Virus record (IMG/VR): IMGVR_UViG_3300004806_000019
Location: 20,224-84,223 of that record
DNA length: 64,000 nucleotides
DNA from: a virus
Direction: 5' to 3' (one strand)
Of this stretch, positions 29,892 through 39,366 are shown piece by piece. The notes beneath the pieces were generated by a model. It made no database searches, was not told where the DNA came from, and worked only from the letters and a program-made list of their open reading frames with translations. Positions within the stretch are counted from its first letter, which is position 1; each line of letters opens with the position of its first letter. A program made the translations under genes and the position numbers.

Positions 29892-30761
29892 ATGGCTGGG
29901 GGAAATTTTACAAATGTCTTCGGCGGTCAGGTAGTCCGACCTTCTCAATTGAGTTATCAGTCTATAACGATGTCGAGCAATACGACCTTGTTATGGCCTA
30001 CAGAGAGTTTGGAAGGCGCGGTTTATGTTGCCTCTGAAATCGATGTGACTGCAACGGCAACGCATTTGGCTTTGCTAATGCCGAGTGCTTTGATTGCAGC
30101 AACGGGACCGGCGACGACGATAACGAATGTCGGAACGAATACCTTCTCTGTTGCAGATAATACGGGGAACACAATCGTTAACATCGCTAGTGGTCAGGCT
30201 TGGATTATCACTCTCACGTCTAATACGACACAAGCGGGGACGTGGAGAACTTTACAGTTAGGATCAACGACGACTTCGGCGGTGGCTTCTCAGTTGGCCG
30301 ATGGGATTACGACTCAAGCCACAACACTGAACACGCTTCAGGTAGCTGAGTTTGTAAATACGTATTCCAATAGTGCCTTGCTGACGGCGGCAGTAAGGGG
30401 TGGTTGTTCGGTATTGGCTTCTGGTTCTGCTGCATCGACTTTTCAGATGGATTTGATTTTTAACCTTGGGGCTGGCTGGTATCAGGACATCGTAAATTTG
30501 AGTGGCAATACGTTGACTTTGTCGGGGTCATCGGGGCAGTTATTAAACTCGGCGCCGACCTTTGCGATGAGTGCTGGATCTTCAGCTAGGGTAATTGCGG
30601 GGGCATCATCGTTTACGGTTATCAACAATGTGAATGTGTCTGCGTTTGGTGTGGTAAATTCTGTTTTAGGGGGCAGCGGTATTCTTGCTTCAGGATCTAC
30701 CGTGATAACTGTAAGTGTGATTGATAACTACATGGAGTTGGCGCCGATATGGTGGCGCTAG
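29892..30761 (+). CDS. Tail fibre/spike-like structural protein
   Basis: S/T-rich beta protein following the adaptor. Confidence 0.65.
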   Translation: MAGGNFTNVFGGQVVRPSQLSYQSITMSSNTTLLWPTESLEGAVYVASEIDVTATATHLALLMPSALIAATGPATTITNVGTNTFSVADNTGNTIVNIASGQAWIITLTSNTTQAGTWRTLQLGSTTTSAVASQLADGITTQATTLNTLQVAEFVNTYSNSALLTAAVRGGCSVLASGSAASTFQMDLIFNLGAGWYQDIVNLSGNTLTLSGSSGQLLNSAPTFAMSAGSSARVIAGASSFTVINNVNVSAFGVVNSVLGGSGILASGSTVITVSVIDNYMELAPIWWR

Positions 30762-30785
30762 GATAGATAGATAAAGGTAACGGTT

Positions 30786-31172
30786 ATGAGTGATCGTCAG
30801 ATAGGTCTGAATGTAGTCTTAGGACAACCGATAGCCAGCGTTGGCGTCAACGGTGTCGGCTACCTGAGCATTCCCCAGAACTCTCAGAACGCCGGTTATA
30901 CCTGTGTCCTTGGTGACGCGGGGTATCACATCTATATGGCGACGGCGGGGACATTCACGATCCCGTCAAACGCGAGTGTGGCCTATCCGATTGGAACGGT
31001 GATTGCCTTCGTTAACCTGTCAGCATCCTCCAGCATCGCCATCACATCCGATACGATGTACCTGATGGGGTCTGGGTCTACCGGTACACGTACTCTAGCC
31101 CAATACGGCTGTGCGACGGCGCTAAAGACCGGCACAACCACATGGATCATCTCTGGTACAGGGTTAACTTGA
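30786..31172 (+). CDS. Tail-fibre adaptor domain protein
   Basis: IPQNSQ...YT.VL.D.G.HI, TIP.N.SVA.PIGT, RTLA.YG.ATA.K, W.ISG.GLT. Confidence 0.75.
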   Translation: MSDRQIGLNVVLGQPIASVGVNGVGYLSIPQNSQNAGYTCVLGDAGYHIYMATAGTFTIPSNASVAYPIGTVIAFVNLSASSSIAITSDTMYLMGSGSTGTRTLAQYGCATALKTGTTTWIISGTGLT

Positions 31173-31173
31173 T

Positions 31174-34100
31174 ATGTCAGGGGTAACTTCCGCATTACTC
31201 TGGGGCGGCAAAGCACCGGCAGCAGTGGGTCTGTTGGCGTGGGGGAATAATTCTTATGGTCAGCTAGGTCTTGGGAATACGACTTATTATTCAAGTCCTA
31301 AACAAGTTGGAGCGTTAACAAACTGGTCTAGCATTGTTGGTGGCGCCTATCATGGTGTTTCTATAAAGTCTGATGGCACTCTATGGGCGTGGGGATTAAA
31401 TCAATATGGTCAATTAGGTTTAGGAAATAGAACTTATTATTCCTCTCCAAAGCAAATCGGCGCTTTAACGAATTGGTCAAAAGTTGCTTGTGGCGGAAGG
31501 TTTACGACGGCCATTAAAACTGACGGAACCCTATGGACTTGGGGGTTTAATAATAATGGTCAACTTGGTTTAGGAAATAGAACTTATTATTCTTCTCCAA
31601 AGCAAATCGGAGCTTTAACTAATTGGTTAAAAGTCGCTTGTGGGTACTATCACACAATAGCGATAAAAACAGACGGAACACTATGGACTTGGGGACTAAA
31701 TCAATATGGTCAGTTAGGTTTAGGAAATATCACGAATTATTCTTCTCCGAAACAAGTTGGATTATTAACAAACTGGTCCAGTTGCGCTGGAGGGCAATCT
31801 CATACAATTGCCATTAAAACAGATGGGACTCTATGGACTTGGGGGTGGAACATTTTTGGTCAATTAGGGCTTGGAAACATTACGAATTATTCTTCTCCGA
31901 AACAAGTCGGCTTATTAACAAACTGGTCCAGTTGCGCTGGAGGGCATTATCATATAGTGGCAATTAAAACAGACGGCACCTTGTGGTCCTGGGGAAGAAA
32001 CAATTTTGGTCAATTAGGGCTTGGAAACATTACGAATTATTCTTCTCCGAAACAAGTCGGCTTATTAACAAACTGGTCTAGTTGCTCTGGAGGGCAATAT
32101 CATACAGTTGCCATTAAAACAGATGGGACTCTATGGACTTGGGGGTGGAACATTTTTGGTCAGCTTGGTTTAGGAAATATAACTTATTATTCCTCTCCAA
32201 AACAAGTTGGATCTCTTACTTCATGGGTAAAAGTCGCTTGTGGTTTTAACCAAACCCTCGCCATAGGCCGCCCCGTCCCCGTTGGCCTGATGTCGTGGGG
32301 GTATAATGGTTCTGGGCAGTTAGGTTTAGGAAATACGACTTATTATTCCAGTCCTAAAGCTGTGGGACAGTTGACGAACTGGTCAAAAATAGCAACAGGT
32401 AATACTTTTGTAGCTATAAAAACTGATGGGACACTTTGGGTTGGGGGATGGAATAATAATGGTCAATTAGGGCTTGGAAACATCACTTATTATTCTTCGC
32501 CTAAACAGGTTGGGGCATTGACTAACTGGTCTAGTGTGGCTTGCGGTCAATCCTCTACGGCAGCAATTAAAACTGACGGCACCTTGTGGTCCTGGGGAGG
32601 GAATCAATACGGTCAACTTGGTCTTGGAAATACCACAAGCTATTCAAGCCCCAAACAGGTAGGTGGTCTAACTAACTGGTTGGCTCTCGCTTGTGGTGAA
32701 TACTTTGCTATTGCCACCAAGACTGATGGCACATTATGGGCGTGGGGGCAGAATAATAGCGGTCAGTTAGGTCTTGGGAACAGAACCCATTATTCTTCTC
32801 CTAAACAAATAGGCGCTTTAACAAATTGGTTAAGTGTTGCCTGTGGGAACTATTACGTTTTATCAATTAAGACTGATGGATCTCTATGGGCTTGGGGTCA
32901 AAATAACTATGGTCAATTAGGGCTTGGAAATCAGACTTATTATTCTAGTCCCAAGCAAGTCGGTGGCCTGACGAATTGGTTAAAAGCTGTCCCTGGTGGT
33001 GGATACTTTGCTATTGCCACCAAGACTGATGGAACTTTATGGGCTTGGGGAAACAACCGATACGGCTCGTTAGGTCTTGGGAACATTACGAATTATTCTT
33101 CTCCAAAGCAAATCGGAGCTTTAACTAATTGGTTAAAAGTCGCTTGTGGGAGCTATCACGTTTTATCAATTAAGACTGATGGATCTCTATGGGCTTGGGG
33201 ATTAAATAATTATGGTCAATTAGGGCTTGGAAACATTACGAATTACTCCTCCCCCAAGCAAGTCGGCTCCCTCACCACATGGCAGAACGTCGCCTGCGGG
33301 CATTTTTCTGTCCTCGCCACGATAGTCCCCGTATCGCCGGGGCTGGCGGCTTGGGGGCAGAATAATTATGGTCAGCTAGGTCTTGGGAATCGGACTTATT
33401 ACTCTTCGCCTAAACAGGTTGGAGCGTTAACTAACTGGTCTAGCATTGCTGGCGGCATCTCTCATGTTGTTTCTATAAAGTCTGATGGAACCTTGTGGGC
33501 GTGGGGGGCTAATAACAATGGTCAGCTAGGTCTTGGGAATCGGACTTATTATTCAAGTCCTAAACAAGTTGGCGTTTTAACGAATTGGTCAAAAGTCGCT
33601 TGTGGGTACCTTAGCACAATGGCGATAAAAACTGACGGAACCTTGTGGGCATGGGGTCAAAATGCCCTTGGACAATTAGGGCTTGGGACCATTACGAATT
33701 ATTCTTCTCCAAAGCAAATCGGAGCTTTAACTAATTGGTTAAAAGTCGCTTGTGGGTACTATCACACAATAGCGATAAAAACAGACGGCACTTTATGGAC
33801 TTGGGGGTATAACTACTATGGTCAGTTAGGTTTAGGAAATATAACTTATTATTCCTCTCCGAAACAAGTCGGCTTATTAACAAACTGGTCCAGTTGCGCT
33901 GGATGGCAGTATTTTACAGTTGCCACCAAAACAGATGGCACTTTATGGACTTGGGGTCAAAATGCCTATGGTCAATTAGGGCTCGGAAACATTACGAATT
34001 ATTCTTCTCCAAAGCAGGTTGGAGCGTTAACTAACTGGTCTAGCATTGCTGGCGGCATCTCTCATGTTGTTTCTATAAAGTCTGATGGAACCTTGTGGTC

Positions 34101-34395
34101 CTGGGGGTATAATAACTTAGGTCAGTTAGGTTTAGGGAATCGGACTTATTATTCAAGTCCTAAACAAGTTGGCGTTTTAACGAATTGGTCAAGCGTTGCT
34201 TGTGGCGGAAGGTTTACGACGACCATTAAAACTGACGGAACCTTGTGGGCATGGGGTCAAAATGCCTATGGTCAATTAGGGCTCGGAAACATTACGAATT
34301 ATTCTTCTCCAAAGCAAATCGGAGCTTTAACTAATTGGTTAAAAGTCGCTTGTGGTGGATATACTACCATCGCCACCTTTGGGGTAATGACGTAA
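31174..34395 (+). CDS. RCC1-repeat protein, 21 blades (3 x 7-bladed propellers), probable receptor-binding protein
   Basis: 21 copies of an approximately 50-aa DG.LW.WG.N..GQLGLGN.T.YSSPKQ.G.LTNW repeat, with Pro-rich linkers after blades 7 and 14. Confidence 0.9.
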   Translation: MSGVTSALLWGGKAPAAVGLLAWGNNSYGQLGLGNTTYYSSPKQVGALTNWSSIVGGAYHGVSIKSDGTLWAWGLNQYGQLGLGNRTYYSSPKQIGALTNWSKVACGGRFTTAIKTDGTLWTWGFNNNGQLGLGNRTYYSSPKQIGALTNWLKVACGYYHTIAIKTDGTLWTWGLNQYGQLGLGNITNYSSPKQVGLLTNWSSCAGGQSHTIAIKTDGTLWTWGWNIFGQLGLGNITNYSSPKQVGLLTNWSSCAGGHYHIVAIKTDGTLWSWGRNNFGQLGLGNITNYSSPKQVGLLTNWSSCSGGQYHTVAIKTDGTLWTWGWNIFGQLGLGNITYYSSPKQVGSLTSWVKVACGFNQTLAIGRPVPVGLMSWGYNGSGQLGLGNTTYYSSPKAVGQLTNWSKIATGNTFVAIKTDGTLWVGGWNNNGQLGLGNITYYSSPKQVGALTNWSSVACGQSSTAAIKTDGTLWSWGGNQYGQLGLGNTTSYSSPKQVGGLTNWLALACGEYFAIATKTDGTLWAWGQNNSGQLGLGNRTHYSSPKQIGALTNWLSVACGNYYVLSIKTDGSLWAWGQNNYGQLGLGNQTYYSSPKQVGGLTNWLKAVPGGGYFAIATKTDGTLWAWGNNRYGSLGLGNITNYSSPKQIGALTNWLKVACGSYHVLSIKTDGSLWAWGLNNYGQLGLGNITNYSSPKQVGSLTTWQNVACGHFSVLATIVPVSPGLAAWGQNNYGQLGLGNRTYYSSPKQVGALTNWSSIAGGISHVVSIKSDGTLWAWGANNNGQLGLGNRTYYSSPKQVGVLTNWSKVACGYLSTMAIKTDGTLWAWGQNALGQLGLGTITNYSSPKQIGALTNWLKVACGYYHTIAIKTDGTLWTWGYNYYGQLGLGNITYYSSPKQVGLLTNWSSCAGWQYFTVATKTDGTLWTWGQNAYGQLGLGNITNYSSPKQVGALTNWSSIAGGISHVVSIKSDGTLWSWGYNNLGQLGLGNRTYYSSPKQVGVLTNWSSVACGGRFTTTIKTDGTLWAWGQNAYGQLGLGNITNYSSPKQIGALTNWLKVACGGYTTIATFGVMT
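31230..34375 (+). repeat. Approximately 150-bp coding tandem repeat array
   Basis: Identical or near-identical DNA blocks, e.g. 33421/34021, 33961/34261, 31801/32101. Confidence 0.9.
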
Positions 34396-34413
34396 TTCAA
34401 CGAAGGAGTTTTT

Positions 34414-36189
34414 ATGAACAAGACACTGCATTTCCTTAGTGGTATCCCCAGAAGTGGGAGCACTGTGTTAGCCGCCATTCTTAATCAAAACCCGCTAACC
34501 CATGTCTCTACCACCTCTGGCCTAGTACACGCCTTGGATGGGCTTGCGAATACGTGGCACTCAGGTCCACTTCTTGTAGACAAAGACCCGGATCATAAGC
34601 AGCTTTGCGCGGCTATGCGGGGCGTGATTGACAATTTCTACACCGATACCGACAAGCCCGTCATTATCGACAAGTCAAGAGGGTGGCCGATACCGATTAT
34701 TATGGGGGCGATGACGCAAGTGCTTGGGAGAAAGCCTCGTATCATTGCAACGGTCAGGTCGATCCCAGATTGCGCGGCGTCTTTCATTCGGGTTGCTAAA
34801 CCCCAAGATCTGGACAAGTTCATCGCTGACGGTCAGTTGATGGAGCATCTGAAGGCGGCTTACATCTCTCTGCAAGAGGGCTGGCAGGCTGCACCAGAGA
34901 ACTTCCTGATTGTTGAATATGAAGACCTGTTGGCTGATCCGAAAGAGGTCTTGAACAGGGTCCATGCTTTCCTTGGGCTTCCTGACTTCACCTATGACTT
35001 TGAGAATATCGACGGGGAGCCTGTTAAGGAAGACGACGAGAACCTTCACGGCTATGCTGGGATGCACGACATTAAGCCGAAGCTGGAACACCAGCATAAG
35101 CAGCATCCGAGAGATGTCCTGAAGGAGCATTATGGGAGCTTCTGCCAGCCTGAGTTCTGGTTGGATAAGCCCAGGACGATCCCTGACATCTCTGATCTTG
35201 ACCTCCAGCTTGTGGCGTCACGGACAGGGGACTTTGAAGAGGGTTGGCGTCTGGCGCAGAAGATGGAACGGGAGATCCCGAATAACCATCGTGCGGCTTT
35301 CAACCGTGGCTGGTATGCGCTTCGACAGGGCAAGATCCAAGAGGGCTATAAGCTGATGGAGCGCGGCAGATATGTACAAGTCTTTGGAGATCCGCCACCG
35401 GATGCGCCAACGAAGCCTTGGGACGGTCTGGCGAAGGGCATTGTGCTATTGAACCTTGAGCATGGGCTAGGTGATCAGATCCACCAGATCCGCTTTGCCA
35501 AGCATATTGCCAAACGGGCTGGTCGGTGCGTTGTGTCTTGCGCGGGTCAATTGGCGTCCTTGTTTGTGGATGTTGAGGGGGTTTCTGCTGTCGTCCAGAA
35601 AGAGGCCAACTTCGGTATCTACCATGACTTCTACGTCCAGGGGATGAGTGCAATCCTGCCGCTTGGGTTTGAACTGCCTGACATTACGGGTGAGGCTTAT
35701 ATCAGGAAGCCGAATGTCATTCGTGGCAAGAAGTTCCGCATTGGCCTGCGCTGGCTTGGTTCCACTCGCTTTGAGCCGGATCATGTGAAGAGGTTCCCCC
35801 ATGAACTGCTGTTCAATGCGGTCAAGGACATTCCTGACGTTGAGTTCGTAAGCCTCCAGAGGGATGAGGGTGCCGAGCATCGCCCCTATTGGTGCCGTGA
35901 GGTTCCGCTTCAGTCTTGGGAGGATACGCGCAATGCTGTCGCCTCCTGTGACTTGGTGATTTCGTCCTGCACCTCTATCTCTCACTTGTCAGCAGCGATG
36001 GGCGTTGAGACTTGGGTTATCACGCCAATCATGCCATACCACTTATATGCGCTTGATGGCGAGAAGACTCCTTACTATGACCATATGCGCCTGTTCAGGC
36101 AGGAAGTGTTTGGGGAGTGGGAGCATCCCTTCATCAACATAAACAAACGACTGATGGAACGGTTCAGTTCCAAGATGGCAGCGGAATAG
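34414..36189 (+). CDS. Sulfotransferase - degenerate TPR - GT-B (GT9-like) fusion
   Basis: PAPS-binding SGIPRSGSTVL, DKSR.W, R......AS, YEDL; then EHGLGDQI...RF, IGLRW.G, TSISHLSAAMG, TPYY..MRLFRQ. Confidence 0.85.
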   Translation: MNKTLHFLSGIPRSGSTVLAAILNQNPLTHVSTTSGLVHALDGLANTWHSGPLLVDKDPDHKQLCAAMRGVIDNFYTDTDKPVIIDKSRGWPIPIIMGAMTQVLGRKPRIIATVRSIPDCAASFIRVAKPQDLDKFIADGQLMEHLKAAYISLQEGWQAAPENFLIVEYEDLLADPKEVLNRVHAFLGLPDFTYDFENIDGEPVKEDDENLHGYAGMHDIKPKLEHQHKQHPRDVLKEHYGSFCQPEFWLDKPRTIPDISDLDLQLVASRTGDFEEGWRLAQKMEREIPNNHRAAFNRGWYALRQGKIQEGYKLMERGRYVQVFGDPPPDAPTKPWDGLAKGIVLLNLEHGLGDQIHQIRFAKHIAKRAGRCVVSCAGQLASLFVDVEGVSAVVQKEANFGIYHDFYVQGMSAILPLGFELPDITGEAYIRKPNVIRGKKFRIGLRWLGSTRFEPDHVKRFPHELLFNAVKDIPDVEFVSLQRDEGAEHRPYWCREVPLQSWEDTRNAVASCDLVISSCTSISHLSAAMGVETWVITPIMPYHLYALDGEKTPYYDHMRLFRQEVFGEWEHPFININKRLMERFSSKMAAE

Positions 36190-36198
36190 GAGAAGAAA

Positions 36199-36768
36199 AT
36201 GGGTTTGTGGGTTCAGGTTCAAAACAACCAAGTGACGGCTTGCATCGACACGCCTCCGGTCACGACGAACGATCCGAATTGGAAACCGGCTATTGAGATC
36301 AAGCCAGCTTTGAAGCCCTATGTTGAGTATTACGGGCAGGCTGTTTTTGATACGACGCAGAACCCGGTTACGATCACCTATCCGGTTCTTGAGTGGGATT
36401 CAACGACGGCTGCAAGGAATGAGGCTGACGCGAAAGCACAGGAAGCGAAGCAGGCTTATGCGTCTGCTATTGCGAATGGTCTGATTATTACGTCTGCTTC
36501 GACGCCTGCGATCAATGGGACTTACGCTCTTGAAGATAGCGATATTGCTAACCTCAATGCAGAGGCAAGCTTCATCAGCAATTTCCAAGAGTTCACGACG
36601 ATGAACACGAACGCCCTGCCGTGGATCACCATGACGGGCGTTGTGACCTTCCCGTCCCTGCCGTCGTTCATGTCGGTTGCTAAGGCTGTGGCTCAGTACG
36701 TCTCTGCCTGCAAGCTGGCGGCGAATGGCATTGGGACGTTCCCGGCTAACACGGTACAAGTGCCGTGA
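36199..36768 (+). CDS. Tail fibre assembly-like protein (DUF4376-like C-terminus)
   Basis: AGGAG SD; follows the fibre cluster. Confidence 0.55.
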   Translation: MGLWVQVQNNQVTACIDTPPVTTNDPNWKPAIEIKPALKPYVEYYGQAVFDTTQNPVTITYPVLEWDSTTAARNEADAKAQEAKQAYASAIANGLIITSASTPAINGTYALEDSDIANLNAEASFISNFQEFTTMNTNALPWITMTGVVTFPSLPSFMSVAKAVAQYVSACKLAANGIGTFPANTVQVP

Positions 36769-36776
36769 TAGAAAGG

Positions 36777-36917
36777 ATGCGAAAGAGGCTTGGCCTTCTG
36801 TTTGAGGAGCATAAGAAGCTGGAGGAAGAAATCCAGCTTCTCCTTGAACAGATAAAAGCTCTGGAGCATGAAGAGTATTCCCGTCGTCATCAGCTTGATG
36901 AACTCTGCCCGGACTGA
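36777..36917 (+). CDS. 46-aa coiled-coil peptide
   Basis: MRKRLGLLFEEHKKLEEEIQLLLEQIKALE... fills the intergenic gap. Confidence 0.45.
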   Translation: MRKRLGLLFEEHKKLEEEIQLLLEQIKALEHEEYSRRHQLDELCPD

Positions 36918-36922
36918 AGATT

Positions 36923-38515
36923 ATGAAGCTTGGAAAACTGCCTGCCGTTGTTGATCCGAAAGTCCCGGTATTTTCCAGAGCTTGCACTCCTCCTGTCCCT
37001 CCGGTAACGGCTGATTGGTGTTCAAAGGTCGCAGACTGGCCTTTGGATAAGAATGACACGGTGGGGGACTGCACGATTGCGGCGGCTCAACACTTGATCC
37101 AGGCATGGACGACTTATGCCGGGAACCCGGTGATAGTGTCTGAGGCTGACGTGTTAGCAGCGTATTCTGCGATCTCTGGATATAACGGGACGCCTGCGAC
37201 GGACGTTGGGTGTGTTGAGTTATCGGTTCTGAAATATTGGCAGGCGACGGGGATTGGGGGCCATAAGATTAACTCGTTTGCGGCTCTTAACATTGCCAAC
37301 CTGAATGAGATCAAGGCTGCGATTAATTGGTTCGGGGGAATTTATATCGGGGTGAGGTTGCCGATTTCGGCACAGACGCAACCGGCTGTCTGGGATGTCG
37401 TTCCGGGTTCAACGGGGATACCTGGATCGTGGGGAGGACATGCTGTTTGTGTCCAGTCTTATGATGCGACAGGCATAACCGTCATCTCGTGGGGCAAGAC
37501 GATCAAGATGACGTGGGCTTTCTGGCTGGCCTATGTTGACGAGGCGTATGCGGTTGTTTCGACGGATTTCTTGAATGCACAGGGTGTTGATCCGCAAGGG
37601 TTGACGCTGGCTAACCTCATCGCTGACGAGGCTCTCCTTGCTGCTAACGTGTCAGGACCGAGTGATGCCCTGGTGACGTTTATCAATGCGGCGACTGCGC
37701 CTTCAAGTGGCGTGGGTGCTTTATTGGCTCCTAACCTTCTTCTGACTGCCGCGCCTGAGATGGCTCTTGGCGGGATTAACTTCCCTATCTTGGCGGGTGG
37801 GACTCAGGTTGATGGCGTGACGGCGGTTCAGGCTGGGACGAGGTATGCGCTTGGGTTGCTGTCCACTCCCTATATGTGCAGCGGATATCTTGGGTACATG
37901 TCAGGATGGAGCGGCGGTCAGGCGACGATAGCTTATGGGAACAACCAGTTTGCGAGTCAGGTGTTTGCGCCTGACTTTACGACGACGGTTCTTGCTAATA
38001 GCGCGGGTGGTCTGGTGATCGTTGGTACGTCTATAGTTGGCGTGATGATCACGACAAGTTCGGCTTATATCTTTAGCTCTGCCGACATTGACCAGATAGA
38101 GAGTTTCATCACGACCCTGACGGGGGCGGCTCCTGCGATAGTCAGGTTATATGGCGGGATCTTAGGGCGTTACCCGACGATAGCTGAGAACCAGTGGTAC
38201 ACGAAGAACCTGTATCTTCCTGCCTATAACGCGTCACCAGGATCTGCGTTGCATGTGCTGGGAAACAATCTTGGTATTCTTTACTGCTTTACGCACTCGC
38301 CAGAGTTCATGGGTGGGAGTAGTGGTTATGGCAAAGACCCAGTAGCCTATGTGACATATTTGTACCAGAATGCCTTGGGGCGCTCTCCTTCTACTAGTGA
38401 GCTTACTTGGTATGTGGCACAATTAAAAAGCCGTGATCTCTGGGATGTTGTCGCACTGAACATCACTCAGAGCGATGAGGCCAGAGCTTACAACGGTGTT
38501 TGGAATCAGCAATAA
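36923..38515 (+). CDS. Papain-like (C1-type) cysteine peptidase + degenerate trypsin-like domain + DUF4214-like domain
   Basis: ND.VGDC, GGHAV, ISWG; ALLAPNLLLTAAP; YVTYLYQNALGRSPS..EL.WY. Confidence 0.7.
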   Translation: MKLGKLPAVVDPKVPVFSRACTPPVPPVTADWCSKVADWPLDKNDTVGDCTIAAAQHLIQAWTTYAGNPVIVSEADVLAAYSAISGYNGTPATDVGCVELSVLKYWQATGIGGHKINSFAALNIANLNEIKAAINWFGGIYIGVRLPISAQTQPAVWDVVPGSTGIPGSWGGHAVCVQSYDATGITVISWGKTIKMTWAFWLAYVDEAYAVVSTDFLNAQGVDPQGLTLANLIADEALLAANVSGPSDALVTFINAATAPSSGVGALLAPNLLLTAAPEMALGGINFPILAGGTQVDGVTAVQAGTRYALGLLSTPYMCSGYLGYMSGWSGGQATIAYGNNQFASQVFAPDFTTTVLANSAGGLVIVGTSIVGVMITTSSAYIFSSADIDQIESFITTLTGAAPAIVRLYGGILGRYPTIAENQWYTKNLYLPAYNASPGSALHVLGNNLGILYCFTHSPEFMGGSSGYGKDPVAYVTYLYQNALGRSPSTSELTWYVAQLKSRDLWDVVALNITQSDEARAYNGVWNQQ

Positions 38516-38519
38516 TGCC

Positions 38520-39002
38520 ATGGCAGATCCCGTATCCATTGATGTTGATCTCTTAGCCAAACAGATTGGTGGTTGGGCTGGGGCGATATTGGCGATGAGT
38601 GGTGCCTTGTATGGCATCCTCCGTATGCGGAATAATGACAAGCGGTCTGATGAGAAGAACTTTGAGATTGATCTGTTTTATCGGGGGATAACAGATCGGA
38701 TTAAGGAGTTAGAGCGTCGGATTGATGAGGGGAACACCAAATACGCGGAGCTATTGAAGAGTGCGGCTGAAGAGAGGATTCTGGCTCTTCAGGATAAAGT
38801 GAACCTAAGTAACAAGCTTCAAGTTATGACGGATGAGATTGATGAGCTTCGCATGAGCAATGCGATGCTGAGAAGTGAGGTTGAAGAGCTAAAAAAACAG
38901 GAGGTCGCCTTATTAGCTGAGAACGCTACATTGAAGGGGAAGACTCCAGGACGCAGGGCTGCTGATCCTCCTGCTGAAGAATGGTATATAACAGGGGGAT
39001 GA
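38520..39002 (+). CDS. Single-TM coiled-coil protein (holin/spanin-like topology)
   Basis: N-terminal hydrophobic helix, then a long coiled coil. Confidence 0.6.
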   Translation: MADPVSIDVDLLAKQIGGWAGAILAMSGALYGILRMRNNDKRSDEKNFEIDLFYRGITDRIKELERRIDEGNTKYAELLKSAAEERILALQDKVNLSNKLQVMTDEIDELRMSNAMLRSEVEELKKQEVALLAENATLKGKTPGRRAADPPAEEWYITGG

Positions 39003-39003
39003 C

Positions 39004-39366
39004 ATGAGCATGATCAATTTAATCCCCTGGCAGCATGGAGTTCTATGGACATTAACGTTGTTCTGCCTCTTTGTTCATTCACAGGTTGTAATTGTTGGGG
39101 CGATTATTGCGTATAAGGCAATAGAGAATAAGGCCGCACGAGCAGCCAGAGATACAATTTATATATCTTGTCTCTCTTTGTTATTTGTTGCATTGCAAGC
39201 AGACTGGATTATCGAGGGGTATACTGTTACAAAGATAAAGGCTATTTCCGATATCGGGTGGCGTCTTTTCGATTGTGGTGTCGGTGTTGCTTTATTGAGG
39301 CATATGAATGTCAGACGATGCTTCGCATGTGCATACTGGGGGAAAGGACGCTCGAATGACTGTTAA
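39004..39366 (+). CDS. Three-TM membrane protein
   Basis: Three hydrophobic segments; GGGGA SD. Confidence 0.6.
   Translation: MSMINLIPWQHGVLWTLTLFCLFVHSQVVIVGAIIAYKAIENKAARAARDTIYISCLSLLFVALQADWIIEGYTVTKIKAISDIGWRLFDCGVGVALLRHMNVRRCFACAYWGKGRSNDC

Noticed and set aside
31174-34395. Diversity-generating retroelement or CRISPR array behind the 150-bp repeats
   Set aside because: The repeats are in-frame coding blades without unique spacers. There is no reverse transcriptase, template repeat or cas gene in the window, and differences are not confined to adenines.
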